Assembly: GCA_973895155.1 (NCBI GenBank)
Contig: OZ316891.1
Location: forward strand, 16,643,651-16,707,650
Source of the DNA: Marsupella aquatica
Lineage: Eukaryota > Plantae > Marchantiophyta
Direction of reading: 5' to 3'
Length of the DNA: 64,000 nt
Part shown: in pieces, positions 37,696-52,700 of the stretch
How positions within the stretch are numbered: the first letter of the stretch is position 1
Layout of the letters: every line of letters begins with the position of its first letter
Notes under the pieces: model-generated
The model's input: the letters and a program-made list of their open reading frames with translations, nothing else
Databases searched by the model: none
Told to the model about the DNA's origin: nothing
Position numbers and translations under genes: made by a program

Positions 37696-40600
37696 TCATG
37701 TTTGAAGTACCAGAGGGAATGGCCTATAGTTTGTTTCTGCACCAGAAACTCCCTCCATTGCATACTTATCACCAGCACAAGGTTGGCTTCCAACCGGCTC
37801 GGTTGATTGCTGTAAAGCTGCACTATTATCAGGGATAGCTGCAGATTGCATTCGCCATCGCTCTTGCCATTTATGCTTCAACCCCATGCAGGCTCTCTCG
37901 CTTCTCCCACTACCAGGGCAACCTTCCTGGCCACTAATTGAAGCAGTGGTTCCTAATGGTGCTTGGACATTTTGAGAGAACCCTGATTTCTCGACTTTCT
38001 TTGTTTGAGAACTTTCGATGGCTGGTACATACACATACTTCTCTGGCTCCCCTGACGTCGATCTGGTCTCCAAACCTCGTATTGAAGCTGCAGGTGAGGG
38101 GCCTGCGCTAACATCCGGGCGAGCTAGACATTGTTCCGGACGAGACGGTAGCCCTTCACGTTGAGTCACAGAACTGCAACCGACAGAGATAGAAGTTAGC
38201 AATTATTTCGGAGACTTCGTTAGGGAATTGACAAATCAGTAACACTATCATCTGACAGGCTTAAACATTATGGATAGAATGACTACTACAGTCGATTACA
38301 TCATAACATTGTCCTGAGTGCAACCCATACCACGAAGAACTGTTGTCAGTGTCCAATTTCACCCTCTTCAACCTCTTCCTTGGGGACTCTGACTTTGCAG
38401 CCTTCGAAGTGGATAAGGATTGTTTGTCATCTCCAGACTTTCCACTGCTGAAACAGATTAAGACAGCTGCCGCTTCCTCTTCGCTGCTACTGTCCACAGC
38501 AGAACTATTGGCAGCCTCACTCCGCAACCCGTTCACATCACTGGAGATGCATAACCGAGGCCTCCGCATTGTCCGATGCTTCTTAATAGGAGCAAGAGGC
38601 AGACTTTCAGACCCAACTGGAGGATCTGCTGCCAGTTGAACTGTGTGCTTGGTTTTGGTGGTCCTGAAGGAAGAACCAAAGAAACAACTACATAATAAGA
38701 ACATAAGAAAACAGAACGACCTGACGATTACATCCAGACCAGGGCAACAAGACAGAAAGTCCTAAGCAGTCAAACGAGTCATTCAGCATGTAGAAGGACG
38801 TGACAAAACAATCTGGCATGAAAACGGAATATAATCGACGATCCAGGGTACATACATATCTCATTATCATCATTCAAATCTAGCATAAACCTCTACGGAA
38901 TCAAAAAGCGTTCCGAGTCATCCAATTAGTACTTAATGAGCTGCTTACTTTGCTACCGTCTTGCTTGAGTTCCCAACGGGAGATAACTTCGGGTTGGGAT
39001 AAGTTGCCTCCTTCAGATTCCCCTGGACCATCGAGTATCCACAAATCTAAATCAGCATTCATCCAATTTCCCACCAAAAGAAAGATCTACATATCCAAGA
39101 CACTCCGCAGAGAAGGGAAGTCAAATTACTAAAATTGATTCTAGGTAGCTTCACCAATCGACTGGAAATTAACTTGCAGAAGTCGTAACGGACACGTTTG
39201 TGTCTACTAAGAAAGGTATCTATGTTAGTAATTTATACATATCATACCTCAAATAATCTGATGGCATGGATCTTCAGCTTCAAAGCCATATCATGTGTCT
39301 CCGTACCCTTCTTATTGTACACCTGCACTTACAACTAAATTTCAGGCCCTATCGTACAAAAACACTTCGAATCCTTCTTCCAGCATTTAACTCATCTTGC
39401 ATTGGCAAGTCAAATACTTCAACAGAAGGGAAGACGCATAGATAGAATTGATAGAGAACAGATCTCTTCCAGGGAATGAATGCATACATGTTCAACCTAA
39501 CAGAGCACTTATAAATCGCAAGGGACCAAGGTTGAAAGGTCACTGTGGACCAGCCAAACTCGATGACAGTGAAAATTAAATTAGAAGCGAATGTTACTGC
39601 TACTGAGACGTCGATTGGAATCTACTATGCAACAAAAAAGGAACCTCCGTTCCTACAATGGAAGATGTGGTTTAGCAGCTTATGGACCAGCATGTAACAG
39701 CTGTAACAGGGAGTGCAAGCAGATAGCCAACGAATGCAATTAACGTCGAGTACAGGATCCAGATGAACAGTATTGGATCGGGGAATGTGGCCGATGCTAA
39801 TCTAATTTGTGGAGAGGAATAACAGGCTGAACACGCACCATAGCATTCGTAACCATCAACATCACATCCCGACGAAGTGCCTCAAGGCTGTAAGACTCAT
39901 TATTCTGCATTCAAACCACGAAAAGAAGAGCAAATGACTGCACATGAGATTAACGGATATCCTAAATAAAATCATCAGAGATTCACACCCCTAAAAGTTA
40001 AAGGTTCACGAACAGACACATGTTCCGGACAAGAATACTCCGCCATCAGAGGCTTATTCAGAAAGCAACCCAGAACATGAAAGCTCCAAAATGGTACTGT
40101 CGGGCTAAGGATTGACCTCTAACTGTCGGCGTATGGTGCTAAGATCCATGGGCTGTCGGATAATTGTATCATAGTCCTCCAACAAAGCCACCGGCCTGCA
40201 CAAAGAAAAAATGCCAAAATTACGCATCGAGCCAATCGAAAGACGTGCAGAGCAACGCAGACTAGACTGCAAACTAGACATCTGAATACAATTTCCTTCG
40301 CTACAACTAATCATTTATGCAAACAAACCTTCGAAAAGGAGCGGCATATTTCGATGCAGAAACCCCCTTCCAATAGTCGAGAAGAGGATCAGCTTGTGCC
40401 CATCTTTTTCTCCTGTTTTCCGCATGCCTACCAAGGCAACGATGAAACAGAGGTCAAGACTCTGCCTTACTTGGTGTAATGATGTGTAAATAAGTGGCCA
40501 TAAGATCGTCGCTATGAGTTGCATAGTACCTTTGCCTACTCCGTTCACCGAACGAAGTAATATTTCCGCTAGTCTGTGAGCGAAACGGCGGAAAGCACAA

Positions 40601-43600
40601 TTTGAGCATCTACTCAAATGTCCAAACCATCTCTCATAAACAGGCCGAGATAAATAAATATGTATAATTCAAATGAAGTTAAGTCGACTCCGCAGTGAAA
40701 CCTCGTAAATGCTATATAGGAAGCGATAGTGCATTTGTAAGCCATCATTGTTTGCACTATTGACAACAACTACCATGAACCACCTCTTCCGAGGAGTGAC
40801 GGATTTCCGCAACCATGTAGACCGTAGCTCTACCTGAGTGAAGTCGTATTGGACGACTGATCCAAGGTCGTTTTTAATTAAATGAATGAGATGAATCACA
40901 CGCCCAGGTATCCGAATTAGAAGACACATTCATCAAACCCATAAAGAAAAATTGAGCAATACCTTCCTACACTTTTCCAACCGAGCTTTTCTAGTTGCGG
41001 TTTCATGGTGCCATTATTGCAGTCTGGTGAATGTTGTTCATAGTCATCCTTCCGACGTCCAAGGTTCGAGGATCTTCTCTTCAGAGCGCTAGTTGAATCT
41101 TCATAATCCGCCATTATGTCGTACTTGCCATCTCCAGTCTCTGCACCTTCGTCATCCCTAAAAGACTTACATCCGTCACCATTACCTAAAGTATCATCAG
41201 CATCCCCACTTTTAGACTCCTCGCTCCAATCACTCTTCTGTTCATTTTGGGAGCTTACTTCGAGTTGCTGGGCGACTGCACAATCTGCTTGAAATACAAG
41301 ACCAAGAATCACTTGTAAGTGCAGTTTTCTTACACTGACGACATAGAAGAGAATGATTCACGTACGTTTACATCCCCCCAGCAAATCCACGACTCAACAG
41401 CATTGCATGATTCATTCCATAAATACTTGGGAGAGCCCGTGAATTTCTGATAGCAAATTAATTTGACTGTTGTGTTGGTAATTCAACACAACAGTCAAAT
41501 TCCGGATAGAGATTCCGGATATGAGAAATTGACTTGAAACAGTAAGGAACGGATACGATGTTCACGTACAAAGTCCTTGCAGTCCATAGTGATTGCCTTG
41601 CGTGCTATTCTCAGGCATTTTCTCAGCTGCACGCTTCATCCATTGACTACCACTTACAGGTGGCCATTGGCATCCTCCCGAATCAGCTGAGTTGGTCAAA
41701 CATGTCATACTCTCCTCCCCGATCACATAACTACCACCATTCCGATCATCAGGAGAATCGTATAGTACTGAACCTCTCTTGAGATGCTGTCTCAAAGCCA
41801 CAAGATGAAGTGCGGGCGCCACGGCAGGCCCCATTGCAAATTCCGTCATATCCGTCAAATATGAATCAAGGCAAACCCGCATCGGCACGACAAAGCATCC
41901 CTCAGGCAGAATAGCAATCACTCAACGCATTAGAAATGCTAGTATTGCAACTGTGGACGGAAAGGCCAAGCTTGTTATCTCCCTCTGGATCGCACCAACA
42001 AAACTCTTTCACATCAAAGCTGCTGATGTACTCCCCCCGCCTTCAATGTCATTCAAGAGAAGCAGAGTTTCCGAACTGTGGAAGCGAACCTCCACACAAT
42101 ACTTAGACAATTTCTTGCGCCTCGGCTGCGCAATATAATTGATCTCCTCCTCAAAGGTCATCACGGCCAGTTCGAAGTCACTGAAAGACTGCAATTAAGA
42201 GAACGTTCTGCAACAGAAAAGTGTTCGTGAGTCCTTGAAAGGATCAAACTCAACGTAATCAATCTGAAGATGCAGAGCACAACCGCCACATAAAGCTAAC
42301 TGCGGCGCATATCCTCCTAGTCAATTCCATTTGTCCTCCTTCGCGTTACTCTCAAACCACACCCAACGACAAAACTTTATCCTTGTCGGTTGACATTCGG
42401 GACATGGGCTATATTTCGTCTAGGGTCTAGATCTCTAATTCCTCCCGGTTAAAGCACGCCAAGAGAGCATACGAAATAAACCAAAACTACTGACACGGAA
42501 AGTCATATGGCCCCCTTTGCACTGGGACCTTTTAGAAATATCTGCTGCTTATACAGATGACAAGACACGACCTCGTCAGAGAGCCAGACTATTCCAGCAA
42601 CTAACACATGAATCGAGATTCCAAAACCGATTGAGAATCCAGAAATCTAGAACCCAATGCACATTACGAAGATACAAGGCTACCCAGAGGACGTAAGGTT
42701 CCAACGAGCCACAGCTAGACACAGCGAATCCAGAGCACGAAGCACTCAGAACGGAGGAAGCATGCAGTAACGAAAAGCGGAGGCAAACATATTCTGAGAG
42801 GGATAAAAGTGAAACTGTGGCGTTACCAGGCTTTTTCTGAATCCCACCAAAGGTTAAACCTTGTCCGTTAACGGCGCTAGCAAGGCTCCAACAGCCACGT
42901 AGAGTAGTCAAGCAAGAAGAGGAAATACAAGAAGTCATCAACCGCCGTATAAACGAACTGATCCCGAACTCCTGCTCGAGGGAGTGAGAAGTAGGACGGA
43001 CCCTTTCCTAACATCTTCGCCTTAATCATCCCACGGCATCAAACTGCGAATGCTATCCGTCCGGATCTCTACCAGTAAACACCGACCGCACGCCTAAGCG
43101 AAGAATTATCAGTAGGACCTCTGTCGGTGCCCAACCCAAGCACAAAAGGAGAAGGCGTACCCTTCCATTGGACACAATGACTTGTACTGCGGCAGAAGGC
43201 AGAGAAAGAACGGAAACTAGGAGGCCGACAACCGAGTTGCTGACGATTTGAGGCAATTATCGGGACCGGACTCGAGGCTGAAAGATTGGGTAGAAGGCAA
43301 GTCCTTATTATCATCGTGGTAGTGGTCCTGCCATTCACTACAGTACATAGGAGTGAAGTCTTTGTCTCTCTAGTGGAACGAAACGCCGCATCAAGACGGC
43401 TACAACTATCTGCAAAGCCGTGAAACAAAGTGCCGCGCTGCCCAATTCCATGCTTCAAACATTCATTTCATCCTCTACGATGTTCTCGTCAAATCACAGA
43501 AAAGGATTCAACCCCAGCGAGGCCACAACACCAAAACGGGATGCACAACGGGAAGAATTACAAGAATCCCTCCCGACCGTCCGTTTATCCCCTTTCCCCG

Positions 43601-43898
43601 ACTCGGACACAACGTACAGCACATACAGGCAGCGCAGGACACTGCAAGAGAGACAAAAGCGGGAATCGGCGGCGCACTTGATCACAACCAAGACAAGATT
43701 TTTACTACAATGTCAACCTGATAATCATCGTACACCACAATTTGATGCAGCGCCGTCGCAACTCACCTCAAGCAATGCACCATCGTCGACATGTGGTCCC
43801 AAAAACATGATTGACGCTCCATGCCAGGAAGAAATGGCTCTTAAATCATTCGCGAGCATCAGCAGATACATGTGGCCGCCGGTTCCCTTCCCGGACAT
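37696..43898 (-). CDS. multi-exon bromodomain protein (BRD8-like bromodomain); start uncertain
   Basis: Spliced exons near 40412-40330, 40195-40117, 39904-39839 and 39322-39248 give WKGVSASKYAAPFRRPVALLEDYDTIIRQPMDLSTIRRQLE-NNESYSLEALRRDVMLMVTNAMVYNKKGTETHDMA (bromodomain with PMDL and NA..YN). Further in-phase exons: about 39046-38949, 38664-38330, 38175-37696. Upstream exons at 41288-40963 and about 41900-41569; 42190-42090 and 43898-43767 are tentative. Confidence 0.8.
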
Positions 43899-45533
43899 GA
43901 AACCTCGTTCAACACTGTGAATGGCAGCGGCACATCCGAATCAAGGACGGAGGGCAACGGAACAGAAACCCAGAGCCAAGGAGAGGTCACTAGATCAGAT
44001 AAATTCTCCGCGCAATACCAAATCCAGTAGCGCAACAGCTTTCCGCCCCCATTTTGCGCAAATCGGGCTCGCACTAGCATGCCAAACAAGGACAGGCACG
44101 AAACTAACAGCGGAAACGGACGGAACGACAGAGACTACGCAATGCGTTGGGAAATCACAATTTCCGGCTCCAAAATACAGTTCTCCCCAAATCTCACCCT
44201 GCTTTCCACCATTTCCTTAAAGGACACGCTGTCCATCAAATAGTGAGCGAGCACTCCCTGAAAAACTATTAGCTTCCACCCCGCTCAGCCAAACGAACAG
44301 TGACTCTAATAGCCAGCCAAAAAACTAAACAATTACAGAGCCACACACCGCATCATCCAAGACCGCCAACATCATCATCCAAGACGGCCACGAGCATCAT
44401 CAACGTTGTCATGATCTGAGAGCGCCACAAGGCCGCAAAACGCACTCACTGACTCATTCCGTCAGGATAGACAGACAGCATCCCGCGTCCACATCCCTCC
44501 ATCCCTCCCTTCCTTCGTCTCCTCTCCTCTCCCAACACAACAACTATCTTAGCGCGCCAGAACACCCTCGCGACCTTCCGCACCCATTAGCTTGATCGTC
44601 TACCGCTCCTGGTGTCTCTCGCACGCGGAATTGGACGCCTAGAGTCGCAACAATCACGGAGTGCCTCGATCAAACAGGAAGAGCATTCGCTCTCTTCTTC
44701 TGTCTGTGTGCGAGACGTGCGTGCAGCCCATACAGAAAACACATGAGTAGAAAGACGGGAGAAGCGGAGGTTTGGTCAAGGAACGAGTCTGAAGAGGGAG
44801 GGAGGAGAGCCTTCTAGGTCAGGAGGTGGAGCAACCAACGACTCTCCTCCTCCTTGGGCAGGGGAAGGGCCGATGCGCTGAGTGACAGGGTTGCAGGGGA
44901 GACTGTCCGGCGAAAGGGCTTACTCTGGAGCCGCAGGGGATGGCAGGGGATGGCGGAGAAGGGCTGAGGGGAAACCAATACGGTTAACAAAGTCGGTATG
45001 AACACCTGACCGCCTATGTCCCGTCGCTGACTGGCTTGCTGCTCGGTCACCTTTCCCAACCACCTACCATCGCCGGTAAGTCGGTGTTTGGTTCGATTCG
45101 GGCGAGCCCTCATTCCCTTCTTACAAGCAAAGCTTTATAGCAAGCCAGGGGCAAACCACCCCGGCAAAGGGAACAAAGCAGCACGAGCGGCCAAGGCCAC
45201 CCCACCAAAGAAAACAGAGAGGAAACTGGTCATGGAAATACCATACAGCCACCATAGGGTGTCCTTCTCAAATATGGGTAAGTTTGGTGTGGTACAAAGG
45301 TTATTGGATTGTAACCATTTCTACTACTTTTTATATAATCTACTGCCCAGAAAGTCACTATAGTTAACTCTATTGCGTAACTGAATATACATACTATAAT
45401 GATAGTGTGGCCTGAGCTGCGAGTCTGAGCCCCGTTCCTACTCTGCTCAAAGGAGCTTCCCCCCGCTTTTTTTACTTTTTGGTCATTTACAGCCCAATGA
45501 TCTTGTACCTGATTGTCATTATCCTATACATAA

Positions 45534-45990
45534 CTAGTCCAATACTTGTGCGTTGCACAAAATATGTTGAGATGAAAAATAGATGTTGATGAGAGAAAAA
45601 ATACTGAGGTGAGAAAAAGAGATCAAGGTGAGAAAATTTGGCAAGGAGGGAAAAGATGGTGAGGTGAGAAAAACATGTAAAGATAAGGAAAAGACAGGGG
45701 AAAAGATGTCAAGGAGAGAAAAGATATCGAGGTTAAGGGAATGATGTTGTGACGAGATAAAGATCTCAAAGTGAAAAAATGATGAAAAAAAACATAAGAT
45801 GTCAAGGTGACAAAAATTGTCAAGTGAGCATAAAATATCGTGGTAAGATAAAGATATCAATGTGAGAAAAGATGGCGAGGCTAGGTGAGAAAAAGATGGC
45901 AAGTCAAGGAAAAGATGTTGAGGAGCGATAAATATGAGAAGATTAGAAAAACATGTCAAACTCCCGGTCAAACTGAGAAAAGATGTCAAG
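45534..45990 (-). mobile_element. Helitron 3' end (non-coding remnant)
   Basis: Minus strand ends TTGTGC-AAC-GCACAA hairpin (45546-45560), 8 nt spacer, then CTAG|T (45534-45537). An AG-rich degenerate array (AAGATGTCAAGGTGAGAA-like) spans 45575-45990. The 5' end was not found. Confidence 0.7.
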
Positions 45991-48712
45991 ACTAGACTTG
46001 AAATTATAAACTTTACAATCGAGACATGTTATTAGTGATCCTGGCCATACACTTTTGTGGATGTTCAATAACCCATCCATTTTGCATAGAAATTTGAGAC
46101 ACAAGATAACGACCACCGCATCATAGATTTACAATCTAGTGACAGGAAAAATATCCTTTCTTAACTCTAAATTTTATGTTGAAAGTATTTTAAAATTCTC
46201 AATTTCTTTTCAAATATTTCCAATTTAATTTTAAATATTAATAAATTTAAATATTTTCTTAATTAAGTTCTTCATCTTGGGTAGAGGTCAAAATATATTG
46301 GTCCTCACTTTTTTATTAGGGATAAGGTATTATAGTGGTAAACAATTAGAGAGGGAGTAACACTTTATGTATGGATGGTACCAAATGGAGACTCGTGCAT
46401 TGAGAGCACACTTTTCTTGCTTGGAAAAGTGTGTCACCTTTTAGCTCCACACTAAATGTAATTAACTTTTTGTCTGTTCCTTCTCATTGTCAGACTCTTT
46501 ACTTTTTTGGGCCCTGCAAATTCAAATCACAACCACTCTATAAAAGAGCGGGACCTTGTATTATAGTTTAGGATGGGTTAGTTAAGTTGTGGGGTTGCCA
46601 GTGAACTAAGGTTTAATTTATGTCTAATCAGAATACTACTAGTGTGCTCATAGTACTGATTCCTAACTAACCTCCACATGCTACTAACAAGATTCTTCCA
46701 GTCTGTCCGGATGTGGAGTTTGTTAGGTCTTAGGTCTAGGGATATGACATGGGCTAACCGTAGTTGGAGACATGGTTAGGTTAACTAAGTTGGACACTAT
46801 ATCCTAAGCGGTGTGAGCTTGGACAAGTGGAACTAAGGCTCATTGTTACGAAGCCACTTGAGAGATAAGAAGAGCTTACACTATGGAGACTTGGTATGGC
46901 TGACGGGTTTAGAGTTCAATAATGTTCTCTTGTGTGTTCTTGAGGATATAGGCTCGAGGAGGGGACCACATATCTCTTGTGTTGACCACTTGTGCATTAG
47001 ATGTGTCATGGCTTTCTCGTTGTGAATGTCGTTTATGCTCAACAAAGTTGAGTGTAGCTAGAGTGGTGGCACTGATGGCAATTAATTTAGTTTCATGGGT
47101 GGTAGCCACTATTTGGCCTACTAAGCTTGCTCTTGCTCTGAATAGGTTCCTGAAGAGCAAAGGTCTTGTTCCAACCTTGTTAATTAATCAATAGTTTCAC
47201 TCATATTCACTCATCATTCTCATTGTACGTGTCAACACACTTGGAACCTCACGGTTAGCACGTAGCTTCAGAACAAAGTTACATTCCTGTGCATTTGTCT
47301 TGGTTTTCTAGGGGTTTTGCTACCCTCAAGCATCCATTTGATGTGCTCCATGGGGCTACTCAAAATGACCCATTGGGGAGATGGTTGTCACCCTATTCTA
47401 GGTAGTGTTAGAGTGTATCGTACTATCTAGATCCGTATGTTTGGTATGTGTGCTATATGAACCAATAAGGTTCCATTAGGTTTGTGTAAGAGTGTAGTTC
47501 TCTCTTGTGAGGCATTGAAAGGTTATCTTTCAATGTTGAGCCTTGGAGAGGGGAGCTTGTGTGGTGGCTATGGTGGCTGAGAGCTCTCTCTATGTAGCGT
47601 GGATTCCTTGAGTGCAAGGTGCGTTGGCTCGACATATGTGTGTGATTGGGTCGGACGGGATTGAGTGCGTATTGTTGGCGTTGATCGTTGTTCGGATTCT
47701 ATTGGGATTACATTGAAAGATCAGGCACCAAATTCTGTTGTGCAAACTGTGCAAACATAAGTTTGTTTCGTGTCAATTGAGTTGGCAACGGTTTGTGGAA
47801 ATCGCTTGAATCTACTGCATGGATCCGGGGTAGCTCAGATTGCATTGAGTAGATTGTTAGTCTTTCAATCTGCTGGAGTCTATGTTTTGTTGTCGGGTTG
47901 GCGAATGCGGGTTGTTTTGAGAAGAGAGATCGCAGGTCGTTGGAGATCACAGATTGCTCAACGTTTTGCCAAATTTGTAAGGAGACAATGTGTCAATCTG
48001 GGACCTGTGCTGCCAGTTTGACGGACAATATGCTATGGGGCCCCGATGTAGCAAAGCGTTGCGGGCGTGAAGGGCTCACTTTTTGGCTCATCTTGGCGTT
48101 TTGAGGCAACTTGTGGTTACTCAAGACGACGGGCATGAGGGCAGAGCAGGAGCGGGCGGGCAACTTGCTGGTACATGAGGAGAACTTGCAAGTGTTGCAG
48201 TTTTGAGTGTCAAATTTGGTGCATAATAACAAGTGAGAGGTCATCCGTCCCAAAGCTATTCCTCTTCTCATGCGCTTAACTAGCTAGTTCTTATGTGGTG
48301 CATTATACATGTTTCTTCCATATTTGGTGTCCAAGGAATGAGGCCTTAAGCGTTTTATGCACTTTTGAATTCATCTAGCTACTCTATTTGAACTCGTTTG
48401 CGATGGATTCGGGGATGGATTCTTGAATATTTGATGCGGGATTCTTGAGGCCTATTATGAAGGCCCTACATTGAATGTTATGAAGATTGTTTGATAGATT
48501 TGTGATCACTCTTGGTGTGGAGAGTTGTTGCTTATCCACTCTTGTTGTTAGACCCTCTCCACACATGCTTCCTGTTGACGCGCCATGTTAGTGTTGTATG
48601 GGTATTTGATTCCGTACGAGTGATTTGGGTTTGCAACCGGACACTCTAGTTGTGTTGTGTATTTCTCTCATGGTGATGTTGGAGTGATGCACAACACACC
48701 ATGGTGAGTGCT

Positions 48713-50243
48713 TGTGGTGCTGGCAGGGACAGATTGCCCAATTAGGGGTTAGCACAAGTGGTGAACCTAGCCACCCAGTGCCCTCACCAATCCCAACACT
48801 CACACCTAAGTGCCCCTAGTGCCCAAACGCCTCCACAGAATACCTCAAGCAAACATCCTAGTGCCTCTTGCACCGCCAACGGCCCCTCCCATATGAAGCT
48901 GCACTTGCTCTCCAACACGACTACTACTCAACGGTCCTCACTCTCTGCACAAGCAACCAAGCACCTGGGTAAGTAACCCTTCAGGATCTAGAACTCGCCA
49001 AGTCTAGCATCCTAACTCAAGCTCAACAGACATTGGTAAATAGGTCAGTGATAGGTCCTTCGGATGCCATAAGTCAAAACCAGAACTCACGCCCACTGTT
49101 CGTCCAGAACTTGTCCTTCCTTGGGCGCGGTCCGGGTTCCCCCTCGTACCTATCCATCACCAACTGACCGCCCTGACCCCAGGACATGCTCATGGCCCAA
49201 ATAGCTTAGCTTGTCCTAAAGCTTGTCCCAATGCGTCCGGACCACAATGGCCCCAACTCAAGCAACCAACTCCCGGTTTGCCTCATTGATGGTCTAGGGG
49301 CTGAACACTCTTGGAACTCAACCTCCACACCTACTTGGCCTTGCCTCCCCAACGCAAGCTCCCTTGGGAGACTGAACGTGGCTTGGCTATTGTTCGGCAG
49401 GATTTGGCAAGCGGGTGAGTTAACACCCGCAAACCCCGAGAACCCATGGTGACCCCAGACCCAGCTGAGCTTACGAGGACGTAGCCCTCCTTGAGAGCTT
49501 TCCAACGCACCCAAGGAGTCCCCCAACGGACTTCCTGCTGGAAAAATATCACCGTTTCCGTTTGACGGTTTCCCTTAGTGTCGAGACCGCCACGACTCAC
49601 GATTTCGGCTCGCCCTTAGCTCCCAAGGAGACACCAATCCCCTCATATATGCTTTTAGAGACCTGCCACCCCCGGACCAGCTTTGGTCCCTAAATTTTTG
49701 GCCCCCAACCCGGATCCTATTGCGCATAATGGGCGTGCCATCAACTGGCACTTCCCATAACTTTCTCGTTTATTAGGCATCTGCAAGCCTTAGCCCGTTG
49801 TGATTGGGCCGACTTAGTGCTCATGCCTAGGCCCTCAGGTCTCATCGCCGCTTGGGGCCCCCGACCGGCCCAACCCAGATCGGGCTATAACTTGCGCCCT
49901 AGGCGTCCGTTGCCCATGGCGTCAACTCCATTGGCCTTGGGCCCAAGAGGAGCTCACACTCAAGCCCTCAGAACTCAAAGTCCATCTGGAGGTCCGGACG
50001 GTTGTCCTTGAGCCCGGCCCATTTTCCCTTGACCCGACCAACTCTCAGCTAGTCCAAGTCCTTAGTGTGTGTCACCAACTTGGCTCCTTGCCTTTGCTAG
50101 CGCCACGTCTTGTTGCCTACAAGTCTCCCCATGCTAAGTCCTCCCTGGATGGCCTATCCGGGCCTGGACCATAAGGGAGCTCGGCATCAAAGTCAGCAAC
50201 GCCGGAGCTAAGTGTTAAGGTAGTCGAGTTCCATGACTGCACA
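48713..50243 (+). repeat. LTR-like repeat, about 1.5 kb (family shared with 11390-13168)
   Basis: TGTGGTGC..TGCACA, an inverted homolog of 11390-12770. It is either the gypsy 5' LTR or a solo LTR in its leader; no canonical PBS or TSD was seen. Confidence 0.7.
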
Positions 50244-50282
50244 TAGATTAGATGGATGACTATAATTTTGTGATTGGTCATC

Positions 50283-51500
50283 ATGGCTTCTTCTGGTGCT
50301 ACGGGGCTACCCGATGGACGGCGGACTGGTTTCACTTGGAGTGGGATGCAGTTTTGGTCAGCGACATTGGTAGCAGTCAACAACGTAGCTTCAGACAGTT
50401 ATTCTGACAAGGACTCTATGACCAATTCTTCTCTTCATCAGGTGATTGCATCTTTGTTGTGGGATATGGAAGAGATGTACGGGGTTACGAAGGGCCCACG
50501 GAGATACTCTGGTGCAGTTGGCACAATTAATCTGGATGACTTTATCCAGGACTTTGATACGTGGTGCAATATGCAGGCAGTGCATAACATCACGTTATTT
50601 ACCCCTTTCATGGCATGGAAGGGATTATTTCAGCATTTGGAGGGGCCACCCATGGATGACTACCATGACTTTTGGAACTTGGCTCATTTGGTTGAGATTG
50701 AGGCATGGAGGCAGCATTGGTCGCCTAATTACGTGTCCATCACCTATGACACTAGTGCGGCTGCCCAATCCATTGCCACAGCTGTTGCTTCTTCTAGTAG
50801 CACTAGCCAGAGTGGCACACCATCCACTAGTAGCACCCCAGTAGCATCCACCGCTACTCCTACCGGTGCGATTGTGGCAAGGGCTGGAGCTACGCCAGCA
50901 TTTAACCTTGTAGTGGAGTTCTTTGAGGTATTGAAGCAGAACTATTAGGGTGTGAGGACTGATAAGTTGAAGGGTCTCCAGGAGTTTCAGCACAAGACTC
51001 AAGAGAGTCTACGTGAGGCATATACTCGTATGCGCAGATTGATCACTATCACCAAGGGAGTGACAGAGGCCCAGGCAGTCCAGTTTGGGTATGCAATTCT
51101 AGACAAAGAATTGCGACGCATAGTGAGAGATGTCACCCTGCTTAGGGATGCAGATCTCACATTGGCAGTTGTTTGTACACTTTCTGAGCGCATTGAGCTC
51201 AATATGGTGAATGAGAAAGTGGTGACTTTCGGATTTGCCAAGGAAGCACCAAAGGCTGCATCTACCCCCACATCATAGCCTTCTACACGCAAGAACCAGA
51301 GGGAGAAGCCCACTACACGGGAATCTACTTCTCAGAGACCTGTGCCTTCCTATGCTAGACAGCAATCAGGATGTTGGACCTATGGTGGGGACCATGCGTA
51401 GCAATATTGCCCTAATCATAGAGGGCCAGGAGGGGCCTCAACACCTGATCAGTGGCAATGTGATTCGCTCCTGGACACACCAAGGATAGGTGTTTCTCAT
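50283..51500 (+). pseudogene. gypsy gag
   Basis: RYSGAVGTINLDDFIQDFDTWC and LQEFQHKTQESLREAYTRMRRLI (retrotransposon gag-like), plus degenerate Cys/His knuckles at about 51370-51500. Confidence 0.75.
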
Positions 51501-52384
51501 TCCATCCTGAGTTACGGAGAGGAGGACAGCGCACACATGATTAAGGAAGATGAGGTAGAGGTGGCGGTCGTGGCCGACGTATGCCACATGCAGGAAGACA
51601 GGGAGGTGATGTTGCTCCTACTATGACCATAGATCCCAAGGATGCTAAGATTTCTCAATTGGAGCAACAACTAACTGCTATGGCTAGTTCTCAAATGAGA
51701 CCTGCTTCTGGTGATGGGGCTTCTACATCTCATGGAGCTTCCACATCCTATGGGGCTGATGGAGACCTTGCCACCATGGGATTCATGTGTGGTATTGCGC
51801 ATATTCATGCAGCAGCTTTGACACGTGGGGCAGCCAAAGCTCTTGAGCCCCGAGGAGTAGTAGTGGAGCTAGATCCACAAAGGGGGGATGCACATCGTCA
51901 GAAAAAGCTTCCTTACTAGTCTTTTACATTGTCAAAGATAGTTTAGACTGCCTCTATGAACCCGATCCGGACAAACCCTAGTGTGGCTAAGTTGGCAAAA
52001 TCATAGGATGTTGCAACAAGGATGACAGGTACCTTGCTGGGGGTGGCTACCACCATAGTGCGCACCCCGCTATTTTCAGCGACAAATATGCTAACATTGG
52101 GGGTTGGTCTAGCTGATGTGTTCACATTAGCAGCCACATTATGCGAGGATACTTCAGTTTTGGCTTCTCATGCAGAGGTAGCATGCAGTTCTAGAGTAGT
52201 AGAGTTGACACCACCTACTACTATTAGTGAGAAATGGCATGCAGCAGCAACAAAGTTGATGGATTTGCCAGCACGCCTCGCATTTGAGAGGACTAGGTTT
52301 AAACCTAGCGGTGTATCATTGGATAATCGGAGTGGTATCTTCCAATTAGTTGGGCCTACTAGAGCAGTATACTAGCTAGAGAGA

Positions 52385-52700
52385 GTGTTACTGGATACTG
52401 GTGCCCAACCCTTAATGTTGGGTAAGTCTGTAGTACGAGGATTGGGATTGCGTCTAGAAGATCTGAAGGAATGTCCCTTTCCTATCCAGACTTCATTAGG
52501 GGGACCTACACCCACACAGCACATCACCAGACGACCACTTGACTTGCGGATTCAGGAGGGTCATGCAAAGGATAGCTCTCACATATAGACACGAGCTATT
52601 TTGACTAAGGCAGAGTCCTATGATGTGTTGGTGGGATGTACAGTACTTTACCGCATGGGATTCATCCTTGATTTTTGGGATGAATCAGTTTCCTATCTAC
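52385..52700 (+). pseudogene. retroviral-type aspartic protease
   Basis: VLLDTGAQPLMLGK and YDVLVG motifs. Confidence 0.85.

Noticed and set aside
42009-42194. uORF pair with TGATG stop-start overlap upstream of the bromodomain ORF
   Set aside because: Better splice sites put this segment in frame as a coding exon of the main gene.
47242-47254. TGGAACCTCACGG as gypsy PBS after TGTCAACA
   Set aside because: It could not be matched to a tRNA 3' end from memory, and no second LTR is in the window.
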